DNA of 64,000 bases from Pirellulales bacterium (GTDB lineage Bacteria > Planctomycetota > Planctomycetia > Pirellulales > PALSA-1355): contig CAVTBU010000006.1 of the NCBI GenBank assembly GCA_963733035.1, positions 992,001 to 1,056,000 of the forward strand. Reading direction: 5' to 3'. The first letter of the stretch is position 1. The number at the start of each line of letters is the position of its first letter. The position numbers and the translations under genes are program-made. This document shows, one piece after another, positions 41,982-53,315 of the stretch. Below the pieces are notes generated by a model. The model was not told the origin of the DNA, ran no database searches, and saw only the letters and a program-made list of their open reading frames with translations.

Positions 41982-42028
41982 GTCGGAATCCACACTACCG
42001 GCGGCCCAGCAGCACATGTGCCGACAGT

Positions 42029-42643
42029 TCAAAATTCAGCAGCAAGCTCGGCGCGATCGCCGCGCACCAGCACCAGCGCGGGCAACAGGCCGCAGATCAG
42101 TAAACCCGCCGTACCGGGCTCGGGCACGAAGACCAAATCGATCTCGACGCGCGAACCGGTCGGAAACGAGTACGGTCCGGTCTGCAAGATCACCGAGTGG
42201 GCCGTGAACGTCACGTTGGCCGCGCTGAACGCCGGATAGTTTAGCGGCGCGCCCGGCTCGGGCACGATCGATTCGGAGTAGATCACGCTCACCCCGCCGA
42301 TCGATTGCCAGGGCATTCCCGGCACGTCAATGTCGCGAACCTCAATTGTGGTCGGCGGAAAACCCGAGTTGAACCAGGGGCTGAACCAGTCACTGAGCGA
42401 GTTCAGCACAATCGACGCGGGCCCAATGTCCAGATCGTAAATGTCATTGTTGATGATCGTCGCCGTGTACTCGACGCCCGGGTCAACGACCTGCACGCTA
42501 TCGTTCAAGTACTCGGTACCGTTGGACTGGGCGACCCCCCAGATATCCACCGTATCGCCGACAATTGACGCCGCCTGCACCCGCCCCGCGGTAAGTGCCA
42601 GGGCCAAAGTCAGAACCAGTTGCCATTTCCGAATACAACGCAT
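42029..42643 (-). CDS. PEP-CTERM protein of unknown function
   Basis: Signal peptide (VQA-AS), VPEPGTAGLL-TM tail. Confidence 0.85.
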   Translation of the reverse strand: MRCIRKWQLVLTLALALTAGRVQAASIVGDTVDIWGVAQSNGTEYLNDSVQVVDPGVEYTATIINNDIYDLDIGPASIVLNSLSDWFSPWFNSGFPPTTIEVRDIDVPGMPWQSIGGVSVIYSESIVPEPGAPLNYPAFSAANVTFTAHSVILQTGPYSFPTGSRVEIDLVFVPEPGTAGLLICGLLPALVLVRGDRAELAAEF

Positions 42644-43102
42644 GTTGTCGCTCCGGGCCAGAAAGAATTGCGCACCGCGTGCCGCGCAGTCAAATAGTTC
42701 ATTACTAATAGTCAAAACCATCAGGCACCGCAAGCAGAAAACAGGTCGAGAGGTTGGCGTCGAAGCACAATCGTTGGAACGGCGGTCAGCCTTCAGAATC
42801 GCGAACGCCCCGGCAGCCCAAGGAAGTCGATCGCTGAAATTCCGCGTCGAGAAGCGTTCGAATTCGTCGACGCCGTTCCCGCGCCGCGGTCCACTCAACG
42901 TGTTTTAGCACCGCTTGACCCTCGAACCTGGCGAATTGAACTTTCCCACCTGCGTAGTTATGTTGACTTTTGCGTTTGGACATCTACCGCGCCAACAATC
43001 GTTGCCACCCATTGACGGTTCTCAATCGACACACATGCGACGTGTCGGAGCCGTTCGCATCGCTCCCGCCGAATTCCTCCCCAACACCCGCCACGGTTTT
43101 CC

Positions 43103-44353
43103 GTGCCAGTTCAACCGCCAACTGCCGAATCGCCAGACCGCGCAACGCGCGCTGCCCGCTGGCGAACGTCAGCGTGGATCGTTGCCGGGCTGGTTCTCCT
43201 GTTGATGGTCCTCTGGAACTACGCGGCTTTCGACGCCGTCGACCATGATTTCACCTTTCAATACGCTCAATACGACCAGGACGCAGGGGGGGCGATTTAT
43301 TACTGCGTGGAACACGGGTGGCCCTGGCCGTTTGCACGACGTGATTTCACCGTCGTCATGGACTGGAACCTCCGAGCGGGACTTTTGGACCTCTATCCCC
43401 TGGCATTGTTGGCCGACGCCGTCGTTGCGGTGGCGATCTCTGCCGTTGCCGGCTGGATGTACGAGCGCTGGCGCCGCAAACATGCGCGATGGTATCAAGT
43501 CGGCGTGTTGACCATGCTGGTGGCGACGCTGTTGTTTGGATGGACGTTGCAGGTCGTTCTCCAACATCGTCATGTCCACGACGTCTTACAACGGGCGGAT
43601 CCATCGGTTGGCCCAAGCGTAGTCGGATTGCAAAGCGTACCAAAGCGATGGGGGCCGGTCTCGTTGGCTGGACGACTGTTGCCAACCTCTTCGCAGTATG
43701 CCAAGCCACTATTCATTTCAGTGAACAACTTTGTCATTGCCGGCAGTAGTCCGCATCCCGGTCCTGTCATCAAATCCATCGTCGAGCTCGATCCCGCAGC
43801 TTGCCGCGTGGCAATGACGGATAATCAAATCTGGGAGCAGCAGAAAGGCCTGCTTGATTGGATGTATGCGATCCCCGTGCAAGACATCTACTGTATTGTC
43901 GAGCCGGACGGGACACTCGAACCGCTCACAAAAATGCCGCACTTGCGGCGCCTTTGGATCAATTGGCCGCCTGGCGGTCACAAGGCGCGGCTGGCCGTTC
44001 TCGGCCGGAATCCCAAGTTGGAACTGCTGGCGATCAACGGCAAGGGAACCCAAGAACTGGGCGACGAAGATTTGTCGTTTCTCAAGTCGCTCACTCAGTT
44101 GCGAGTCCTGGCGATCGGCCCCAGCCAGATTACCGCCGCCACCTTGACGAACATCGCCCGCATGGCGCAATTGCGTACGTTATGTTTGCCCGGCTGTCCC
44201 CTCACCGACGAGGATTTGCAACGTTTTTCTGGGCTGGTGGAGCTGCGCCGCTTGGAACTCGATAGCTCGCACGTCTCGGACGCGGCGGTGCAGCAATTGA
44301 AAAGTTCGTGCCCCTGGTTGCAGGTCGTTCGCTTGAACGAGTTGCCTCCCTAA
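43103..44353 (+). CDS. Membrane-anchored leucine-rich-repeat protein
   Basis: Three TM segments with HGWPWPF; C-terminal LxxLxxLxL...TDxxL repeats. Confidence 0.8.
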   Translation: MPVQPPTAESPDRATRAARWRTSAWIVAGLVLLLMVLWNYAAFDAVDHDFTFQYAQYDQDAGGAIYYCVEHGWPWPFARRDFTVVMDWNLRAGLLDLYPLALLADAVVAVAISAVAGWMYERWRRKHARWYQVGVLTMLVATLLFGWTLQVVLQHRHVHDVLQRADPSVGPSVVGLQSVPKRWGPVSLAGRLLPTSSQYAKPLFISVNNFVIAGSSPHPGPVIKSIVELDPAACRVAMTDNQIWEQQKGLLDWMYAIPVQDIYCIVEPDGTLEPLTKMPHLRRLWINWPPGGHKARLAVLGRNPKLELLAINGKGTQELGDEDLSFLKSLTQLRVLAIGPSQITAATLTNIARMAQLRTLCLPGCPLTDEDLQRFSGLVELRRLELDSSHVSDAAVQQLKSSCPWLQVVRLNELPP

Positions 44354-44511
44354 CGGACGACCCAGTGGTCGAGTACTCGTAACAATGCCTGACCTCATCA
44401 GCCCGCTTCGCGCCCGACTCCTCACCACCACCCCCGTTTTTTGACATCGCCATCGCGCATAGATAATCTCAATATTTGGCGACTTGGCTAACGGCGCAGT
44501 GAGAGACACGA

Positions 44512-45185
44512 ATGGGTGACGAGAATGCCGGTCAAGCTTACGAGCTCAGTTGGGCTTCGATCGAGGACGAGATTGCCAACGGAGTCACGCACGGTATCGG
44601 TCTGGCGCTGGCCATCGGCGGTCTCTGTTCGCTGATCGTGCTGACCGCGTACGGCGGCGATCTGCCACACATCGTTGGCTGCTCGGTTTACGGCGTGTCG
44701 CTGGTGGTTCTCTACGGCGCGTCGACTCTCTACCATTTGGCCAGAGAGACGCACCTCAAGAAGATCCTGCAAACCGTCGACCACATCGCGATCTACTTCC
44801 TGATTGCCGGCACCTACACGCCGTTCACGCTGGTAGACTTGCACGGATTCTGGAGTTGGCTGCTGTTCTGCCTGGTCTGGGGCATCGCAACCCTCGGCAT
44901 CATCGCCAAGATTACCTGGGGCGACCGCTGGCGTTCGCTCTCCCTGGCTTCGTACCTGGGCCTGGGCTGGTCCTGCCTGATCGCCGCCAGGCCGCTGTTG
45001 GAGTCGGTACCGCCAGCGCGCTGGCCTGGCTGCTTGCCGGCGGCCTGGCCTACACGATCGGCGTGATCTTTTTCGCCTTCGACCACATTCGATACTTTCA
45101 CGCGATCTGGCACGTCTTTGTCATTATCGGAAGTATCTGTCACTTCTGCGCCGTCATCTTTTACGTCGTCCCCATGACGACCTAG
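44512..45185 (+). CDS. Hemolysin III / PAQR family membrane protein, frameshift at ~45012
   Basis: EIANGVTHGIG, STLYH, DHIAIYFLIAGTYTP; second frame GGLAYTIG...HAIWHVFV. Confidence 0.93.
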
Positions 45186-45317
45186 CAACCGCCTGTCTCA
45201 TCAGGAACTGCGACCACCCGCGGCTGGTGAAATCGTTGACGTTGATTGAGGCACAGCGTACATTGCGGGCGTTGTTTGACACGCCGCCTCCACCGCATTT
45301 GCAATGGGAGGATTGAG

Positions 45318-45929
45318 ATGGTGTTGGAAAACCACTACCAGCGTTTGGCCTCTCGCCGAGCGCTCGCTGGGCTCACGCTCTTGGCCGCCTTGGCAATTCC
45401 CCTCGGCAAGTGCGTGGCTGCCGCGCCGCAGTCGGACGCTTCTCCGTCGCAGGATGAAAGCCAGGCGCCAGTGGCGCAGGCCGCCGGATCGACCGCACGT
45501 CTGGAGGCAAAGTCCGCGCACGACGATGTGCGGGCCTTGCAAGGAACTTGGAGCTTCGACTTCTATTATTCCGATTGGTGGCCGGAGCGGATCACGAATC
45601 CTCCCCTCACCCGCGAGCAGTGGCGTTGGTCGATCGCCGGCAGCGAAATCCATTGGAGCGGCATGAAAATCGACGACGTGAGCCTATCGTTCGCCGTCGA
45701 ACCGGCGAAGTCGCCGCGGCAAATCAACCTGACCTTTCTCGACGGCCCGCACAAAGGCAGAACCCTTCGCGGCATCTACAAGTTTTCCGGCAAAGATACC
45801 TGCCAAATCTGCTTCTCCGATCCAGCGGCCAAAGTGAAACGCCCGGCCAACATTTCCTATTCGACCGGCGAGGGCCGCACGATGTTTTTCATCAAGCGAG
45901 TGGCCCAGGAAGCGCCTGGTAAGCAGTAG
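45318..45929 (+). CDS. TIGR03067 domain protein (planctomycete)
   Basis: LQGTW, PAKSPRQINLT, GIYKFSGKDTCQICF, RP. Confidence 0.85.
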   Translation: MVLENHYQRLASRRALAGLTLLAALAIPLGKCVAAAPQSDASPSQDESQAPVAQAAGSTARLEAKSAHDDVRALQGTWSFDFYYSDWWPERITNPPLTREQWRWSIAGSEIHWSGMKIDDVSLSFAVEPAKSPRQINLTFLDGPHKGRTLRGIYKFSGKDTCQICFSDPAAKVKRPANISYSTGEGRTMFFIKRVAQEAPGKQ

Positions 45930-46035
45930 ACATCCACCAGAAGGCAGCCGTCGAGCGACGAGACTCCTCTGGCTGTGCCCTCAGCGAGAACTGGCGGCCG
46001 ACACTTGCGCCGCTTTTGACTACCGGTGCCGGCGA

Positions 46036-48770
46036 CTAATCGTCGTCATCATCATCGTCGTCGAAGCCCGCACGCATGTCATCGGGGTCGTCCATTTTTG
46101 GCGACTTGAGCAGGCTCTTCCAGTCGAAGCCATGGTCAAACGGCTTGAGTGCCTTGGCCGGGTCGAAGATCCGCTGGTCGACGCGCACCAGGTCGTAGGG
46201 CGCAAAATCCGCCGCGTCGGTAAACATGTCGTGCGGCAGCGAGGCGGTCGCATCGAACTGGTTCAAATACGGAAGGTCCAACAGCGTGAAGATCGTCTTG
46301 AGCACCGAGCCAAAATTCATCAGCGTCGACGAAACGTAACCGCGCTTCACATGAGGGCTGATCAGCAGAAGCAGCGAGCGGTGCGCATCCACGTGATCGC
46401 GCCCGCCTTGCGGATCGTCCTCGGTGACGACGATCAGCATTTTTTGCCAGTACGGCGAGTGCGAGAGCAGCTGCACAATCCGCCCGAGCGCCAGATCGTT
46501 GTCGGCCACGTACGATTCACTAAAGGGATAGCCCCCCTCGGGATTTGCACCCGTCATGTGGTCGTTTGGCAGCACCAGCGTGATCAACCGTGGCAGCGCC
46601 TCGCGTCCCGGGCCCCAGCGCTCCTGAAACTCGCGCTCGAACACGTCGGCCCGGTACTGGTCCGGAATACTCATGTTGTAGGTCGGATAGTTGCGCGACG
46701 TATTATCGAACAGCGGCTTGGGCAGCGGAAAGCTGACACTCATTTGGATGCCGGTGTGCTTGTGGATCTGCTCCTCGATCGACATCGGCATCTCGGTGCC
46801 GAAGCCGAAGTTGAAGAACGCAACCCCGCGGCGCGCCAGGTGCTCCCACAGGCGCCGGCCTCGTTGTAGTCTTCGGGCATCACCGTGGCGCTCGAGCCGT
46901 TGACGTACCGGCGCCCCGGTGCGGAGCTGAACAGTCGCGACTCGATCCGCGAGCGCGCGTTGACTTCCACCCATTCGTTCGGATACACGCCCACGACCCA
47001 ACGATGACCCGTGTTCGATTGATCGGCGTCGCAATAGAAGTTCTGGCTGATCGCGAATTGGTCGGCAATGGCGTGATGATTCGGCGTAACGTCGACATCG
47101 TTCACGACCTGTCCCTCCTCATTGCGCAGTGTGACGCCGAGTCCCAGACCGGCCAGCGTGGGGTCTCCATCGACGCCGGCCCGCTGGCCAAAAACCTGGT
47201 CGAAGGTGCGGTTTTCCTTCACGATGAACACGACGTGCTCGATCGGACTCTTGCGCACACCGGAGGCCGGCGGCAGCGGATTGCGGCCGTCGTCGACCAC
47301 CGTTTTCCGGCGGTACGTATTGCTCACGACCTGGCCGGTGTACGTTGCCAACGGTTGTGCGTCCGGCACTTCGACGCGCGCGAACAAGCCTTGCATGATG
47401 TCGCCGGGGTGCGACCCGCGCTCGGGCGCAACGAAGCCTTTCCCGCCATTCGGACCGGACCCCAGCCCCTTGGCGCTCGAAACGAACAGCTCTCGCCCAC
47501 TCTTCGAAACCTGCACAAACGAGCAGAACCAGCCGGCGGGAATGTAGCCTTCCAGTTTGCTCGCAGCGGTATCGACCACGGCCACGGCATTGAGACCCGC
47601 GCAGGCCACGTACAGCTTCGACTCGTCCGGGCTCAAGTCGAGTCCAAACGGCAACACGCCGCGCAAGCCTTCCAGGCCGGGCACGTTCAACTCGATCTGC
47701 GAAACGATTTTATTTTTCGTCGTGTCGATGACGGAAATGGTGTCGTTCGTGGCATTCGACACATAGGCGGCGCGGCGGCCCACGGCCACGGTTGCCGGAC
47801 TGGCACCTCCCACGGTGTTGATGTTCTTCCGCCGGGCACCGACGAGATACCCCGTCTTGATCCGCGCCTCGACCTTGCCGCTCTGCAAGTTGACTTTGAA
47901 CACCGACATCGCGTCCGGATGATTGGGACTTCCCAGGCCTGGAATCCACAATCCTCCCACCATCACGCCTTGTTCGGCCTCTTTCGACGGTACACCGTAA
48001 GCCGGAAACGAAAGCCCGGCCGTGGCGCGATTCGCGGCGTTCACGCCGGGTAGCAGCGGGTACTCGAACATGCCCACGTTCGATACCCAGGCGTGCTGCT
48101 CGTCGGGCGACAGGCAAACGCTGAACGGATTACGCCCCACGCGCACCGACCTGGTCACGTTGCCCAGCTTCAGATCGACCGTGACCAGGCGATAGTTGAA
48201 CTGATCGCAGGCATACAATTGGCGGCCATCGGAACGAACCGTGAAATCGCCCAGGAAGCTATCCTCAAAGCCGTCTCCATTGATCCCAATGGTGCCGGTG
48301 GGCTGTCGGCTCTTGGTGTCAAACACCACGATCAAGCCGCGATTCGCGCTGCTCACGTACAGCTTCGATCCGTCGGGCGAATAGCACACGCCCATGTACA
48401 TGCCGTCATCCGACCGCCGCTTGTCCAGACTGGCAAACGGCGTGACGCGATCCAGCACCCGCGGCGGATCGAGGGCCAGGAATTGAATTGCCCCGTTGCT
48501 GATGAGCGCGGCCTGAGTTTCGTCGGGACTGACGGCCATCCCCCAGCTATACGACTGCGTTTTGACATTTTTACCCGCGGGCGTCAGCAATCGTCCACTC
48601 AGCAGCACCGCCGGCTCACCTTGAATGGTCGGCCGCAGCTTCACGCCGGGCGGCTCGAAGACCACAACCTCGCGCGGCGCGTCGGCCCCCCGCGCCAGGT
48701 TTCCAGCCGTGATAGATATGACAAGGCTGCACCATGTTACGCCAGCGATCATTCGAGTGAAGGTCTTCAT
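46036..48770 (-). CDS. YncE beta-propeller + alkaline-phosphatase-superfamily phosphoesterase fusion, frameshift at ~46853
   Basis: Propeller repeats (SPDG, YVSNA, DTISVID); IEHVVFIVKENRTFDQ, TPNHH, LPNDH, ADNDLALG, EDDPQGGRDHVDAHRS. Confidence 0.9.
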
Positions 48771-49102
48771 ACGCCCCAGGATAAACACTCGCCGCTCGGC
48801 ACGCGAGAGGGCCGGGCCGCGCAAATCCGCGGTCGACGCTGGTGAAAGAGCCCGTCGATTGTGCAGCCCACTCCAACCCGGTAACGAAACGCCGAACCAC
48901 GAGTTACGGAGTTACTGCTTGGAGTGCGATACACGTGCTCGCGGCAAAGCACCGCTTCATTGGGCGAAGCAGATTTGGCAGTGGAAATGTCCAAATGCAT
49001 TTCGCCGCCGGGCGGACAAAACCATCCGGTATGTCGCGCTTCACGGGTCGAGCCGCCCAAGCGGTGTTGTTGAAAGGCACGGGATACGCGATCCTGGTTC
49101 GT

Positions 49103-49132
49103 CGAATGGTGCGTAGAACCACGCACCATTCG
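49103..49132. repeat. Perfect 12-bp inverted repeat, REP-like hairpin
   Basis: cgaatggtgcgt-agaacc-acgcaccattcg in a ~600-bp intergenic region. Confidence 0.7.
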
Positions 49133-49409
49133 TGAGCGTGACCTCGGTGCGCAATTGTCCTCTAGCCTGTGTCCGGGCCGACACACCGCGGACGATGTGA
49201 CTGAAGGAATTTCGGTAGTCGCAATGGCGTGCACGATTTGCCGACTTCGCGACTGCCTGAGCACGGCTCGTACCGCGGCGTTATAGTGCCCACACCGCCG
49301 CAGCGAACAGACGCTGGTCTGCCACCTTGGCTCAAAGGAGGCGGCGGAGTATCGAGAACAGAGGGCGCGCGTCGTCTAACCAAGGACGACTTCTTACAGC
49401 ACTATTGTG

Positions 49410-51231
49410 TTAGCGGTCTGTGGCTGGCTCTCTCGACTTCGGCGCGACTTTAGCGCGTTCGACCAGCGCCTGTCGGAGTTGCTGCACTTGATCAGGTGTG
49501 ATCCGTTGCCCGGTCGATGACAACATCTTCAGGAAATGTTCAATGCCGGCGGTCTCGTACGGGAATCCAATATTTTTGCCCTCGGCGTCGTTGCTACTGG
49601 CAAGAACGTTCCCTTGAGCGTCCAAAATGGCGACCCAGGGGATACCGCCTGAGTTGTCTTTGCGCACTTTGTCCATTACTTGGCCACCGTTGGCATATCG
49701 CTCACGGAACATTTTGAGCACGATGAAGTCTTGGTCGATGATTGCCTTGTGTTGGTCCAGAAAACGCGACATCGAGAGGCAAGGAGCACAAGACATGGAC
49801 GTCTCTTGAATATAGACTCGCTTGTTCTCACGACGAGCTTGTTCCAATGCGGCGTCAAGAAGCAGCTGCGCATCGAAATTGCTCGGCTTATATTCGGCGA
49901 GAAACTTCTCAATTGCCTTGCGATCGATCTTCCCGCCTGCCTCAGCGGGGGCAAAGCTCTGGACGCCGACAACCTTTCCGTCGGCACTGAGTACAAGGAG
50001 GGCAGGTGGACCTAGCGTTTCGTTCGAAGCATCGAAGTCCGATAAAGCCTTCACTGTGGCCGGATCCTTCGCATTGACTCCAACGGCACGATAGCTTCCC
50101 AGTTTTTCACGAAATACCAAGTCATTGTCGTAGATGCCCTGGTAGAGGCGGGCAAGTTGGTGGCTGGCTCGATCCTCTGGCATTCCAAGTATGAGCAGTA
50201 CGTGCACTTTGCCGAGCCGTGCGTCTGTGATGGCGGCAGAGATTCTGGCCTCCACGTCCGTAGATTTCGCGAACAAGACAGCAGCCTGATGCTCGCCCGT
50301 TCGATCGACAACGCGCGCCCCCAAAGGCGACTCAAGACGAAATGCCGTTTCGGGAATCTCCTTGTTGAACTTTGAATGGCCGCGGCTTAAGACTCCGACT
50401 GTCTCAGCCAACTTGCGCGGAGGTACAGCGTTCTGAACAATTGGCGGAAATACAGCGGTGGTACACTTTACCGGCGCCCAAACACCTGGCGCAACTTTCT
50501 CAAGCGTTATGTCGGATCGGGTAGAAACAACTTCCTGTCCCGAAACCGCCAGCAGGTACTCGATGCGGCTTGGTAGCGCGTTCTTCTTCATGTCAAGCGA
50601 GACGCGGAAGCCGAAAGGCGACAACTCAAACTGACCACTCGCAGGCGGCGTATAGAGAATGCATTGGTCACCCTTATTCCCCTCAAGCTTTGTATTCGGA
50701 CGCTCACGCAGGATATCTGCATAGGTCATCGAGGAAGGTGCGTTGAACCACGTCTCGTAGTCAAGGCCGCCGGGCTTGTTAGACCGAGATAGGTCCACGA
50801 TAAACTCTTTGGCTTCCGCAATATAGCTTTTTGCCGTCTTTCCGTCCCAAACAAAGGTTTTGATCGCGGGCTGCCCTGGTCTAGTGACCCCCAGTTCAAT
50901 TCGTTGCATTCCCGATCTGAAAATCTGGTGGGACACTTCTGTGTCGATTAATGGAACCGTACGAGGCGACCAATCTTTGGTGTTCAAAAACGTTTTGCTC
51001 TCGGCGCAGAAAAACGTCATAAGACCGAATAGCCGCGCAGCCTTTGTCCCACGCGGATAACGCGTCCGCCACGCCAGGCGAGCTGCATGTTTCTGAGTTT
51101 GGGGTTGTGATCTGTGCCGATGACGAAGTCACGAGTGCCAAGCCCAACGAGCAGCCGACCAACGCCGAGACTACGCGGCTGGCAGCGGTGCGAACGTTCA
51201 CGGCTGAGTCTCCTTGGCAATGAATCGTCAA
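49410..51231 (-). CDS. Secreted multidomain protein with C-terminal thioredoxin-like fold, frameshift at ~51005
   Basis: Signal peptide in ORF 50896..51231; C-terminal ALEQARRENKRV...CAPC...GGIPWVAILD...NIGFP. Confidence 0.75.
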
Positions 51232-51743
51232 TAGGGTTTTATCAAAACCACGTCACACGGCCGAGCTTCGCGACCGCAATTGTCGTGTTCACAGTTAGCG
51301 AGAACAAGCTGTACCAGTCGTTTTTCCGGCCCCAGCCGGTTGGAAATTGAGCCGGTCATTGGGGAGTGATTGCGTCTGGCCGCCGGAGTCGCTCTCAAAA
51401 AACCTTCGTTTGCCGGCACTCCTGCGCCGGAACTCAACAAGCTGCCGAAGTTTCGGCCGGCAGCGTTCCCGAACCCGGATCATCAATTAACGTTCCGAAT
51501 ATCTCTGAACTTGACGTTGGGTGACGCGGAAGAATCCGTCGCACGAATTGCCCCAAGATTTCGGAACTGCAACCACGGCCGCGACATCGATTTCACGAGG
51601 CTCGAGGTTTCCGTTGCTGAGAATGGGTTCGAGCGGCGGCCGCCAATGGCTCGAAATTTCGAGAATGTTTGCTCCTCTTCCGCGCCAGGGCGATATCATC
51701 GGGTCGGCGGTCGGATCTTCATCTGCCTGGGTGGGCTCGCGAG

Positions 51744-53168
51744 ATGGTTCCGGAAAAAGCAAGTACCGAAAGCATACGGACCGGATCCAGCACGCGGCTC
51801 GCGGCGGGGAACGGTGACCGGCTGGAGCCACCTTACCCACCGGCGGCGTACTCGTGGTATGTCGTCGGCGTGCTGATGGTCGTCTATGTGTTTTCGTTCA
51901 TGGACCGGCAAATCCTTGGATTGCTGGTCGGTCCGATCAAGCGTGACCTGGACATTTCCGACACGCAGTTCAGCTACTTGATGGGGCTGAGCTTCGCGCT
52001 TTTCTACACGTTCTTCGGCATCCCGATTGGTCGGCTGGCCGATACCGTCTCACGTCGCGGGCTGATCGTCAGCGGGCTGTTCTTCTGGAGCTTGATGACC
52101 GCTGGCTGCGGCCTGGCCAATCGCTATTGGCATTTTCTTTTGTTGCGGATGGGGGTTGGCGTCGGGGAGGCCAGCCTGTCGCCGGCGGCGTACTCGATGA
52201 TCAGCGATTCCTTCCCTCGCCACCGGCTCGCCACGGCGATCAGCGTCTATTCGATGGGTATCTACCTCGGCACGGGACTGTCGTACCTGATTGGCGGCCT
52301 GGTCGTTCGCTGGGTCGGGGCCGAACCGTTTCTCACCGTTCCCTTGGTCGGCGAAATGCGATCGTGGCAGATTGTGTTTTTTGCGCTGGGCTTGCCAGGG
52401 TTGGCGCTGGCTTTGATTTTTGTGACGGTCAAGGAACCGATTCGCCGCGGCGTGCGGCGTATCCAAACCAAACGCGGCGAGAGTATTTCGGTTGTTTCTG
52501 TCTCCGCGGTCGCGGGTTACTTTTCCAGAAATTGGAAGACGCTCGTCTGCCACAACGTAGGGTTTGCCCTGTTGAGCCTTTCGTCGTACGGAACGACGTC
52601 CTGGATTCCGGCCTTCTTCCACCGCACCCACGGCTGGGAGCCAGCCGACGTCGGCGTGATTTATGGCGCCATCGTCGCGCTATTCGGCACCTCGGGCATT
52701 GTGCTCGGCGGCTGGCTGGCCGACCGGATCGGGCGGAGCGGCACAACGGCCTCGAAGATGTACGTGGGCTTGTTGGCCGCCGTCATCTGGGTGCCGTCGG
52801 GAATTGCCTATCTCCTGGTTCCGTCCGGTACGATCGCCATGTTGCTGCTAGTGCCGACCGTTTTCTTTGTAGCCATGCCGTTCGGCGTCGCACCCGCCGC
52901 GATTCAGGAGATGATGCCCAATACGATGCGCGGCCAGGCATCGGCCCTATATTTGTTTGTCCTGAATCTGATTGGCCTGGGGCTAGGGCCTTCGGCAATC
53001 GCGTGGGTGACCGATTTCGGGTTCCGCGACGAAGCCATGTTGCGGTATTCGATACTGATTGTGACCACGGCAGCTCACACCGTTTCGGCGCTGTTGCTGT
53101 GGCTGGGAATCAAGCAATTCCGGCACAGCACACATCGACGGGACGAGTGGGAAGCGGATCAAGGGTAG
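51744..53168 (+). CDS. MFS transporter (spinster-like)
   Basis: SFMDRQIL, GRLADTVSRR, RMGVGVGEASLSPAAYSMISDSFP, about 12 TM segments. Confidence 0.93.
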   Translation: MVPEKASTESIRTGSSTRLAAGNGDRLEPPYPPAAYSWYVVGVLMVVYVFSFMDRQILGLLVGPIKRDLDISDTQFSYLMGLSFALFYTFFGIPIGRLADTVSRRGLIVSGLFFWSLMTAGCGLANRYWHFLLLRMGVGVGEASLSPAAYSMISDSFPRHRLATAISVYSMGIYLGTGLSYLIGGLVVRWVGAEPFLTVPLVGEMRSWQIVFFALGLPGLALALIFVTVKEPIRRGVRRIQTKRGESISVVSVSAVAGYFSRNWKTLVCHNVGFALLSLSSYGTTSWIPAFFHRTHGWEPADVGVIYGAIVALFGTSGIVLGGWLADRIGRSGTTASKMYVGLLAAVIWVPSGIAYLLVPSGTIAMLLLVPTVFFVAMPFGVAPAAIQEMMPNTMRGQASALYLFVLNLIGLGLGPSAIAWVTDFGFRDEAMLRYSILIVTTAAHTVSALLLWLGIKQFRHSTHRRDEWEADQG

Positions 53169-53315
53169 ACGACAAGGATGTTTATGCCGCTACCCTGCGC
53201 ACCCGTGACGGGTTCAGGCACCGGCGCCAGGTATCGCATGGTGTTCTTCTCAACCATGGGCCGAGCTTGGGACCTTGAGTTTATTGAGGGAATGCCGGGA
53301 CCGGCTGCAAGGCGG

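Noticed and set aside
42670..42685. Possible sigma-54 promoter (cggcacg-cggt-gcgca, minus strand) before a PEP-CTERM gene
   Set aside because: GG-N10-GC spacing fits but the -12 TTGC is poor, and I found no similar site before the other PEP-CTERM genes.
51232..51743. ggcaaac / gctgccgaa fragments reminiscent of a c-di-GMP-I riboswitch
   Set aside because: The elements are on inconsistent strands, and the GNRA/receptor architecture is absent.
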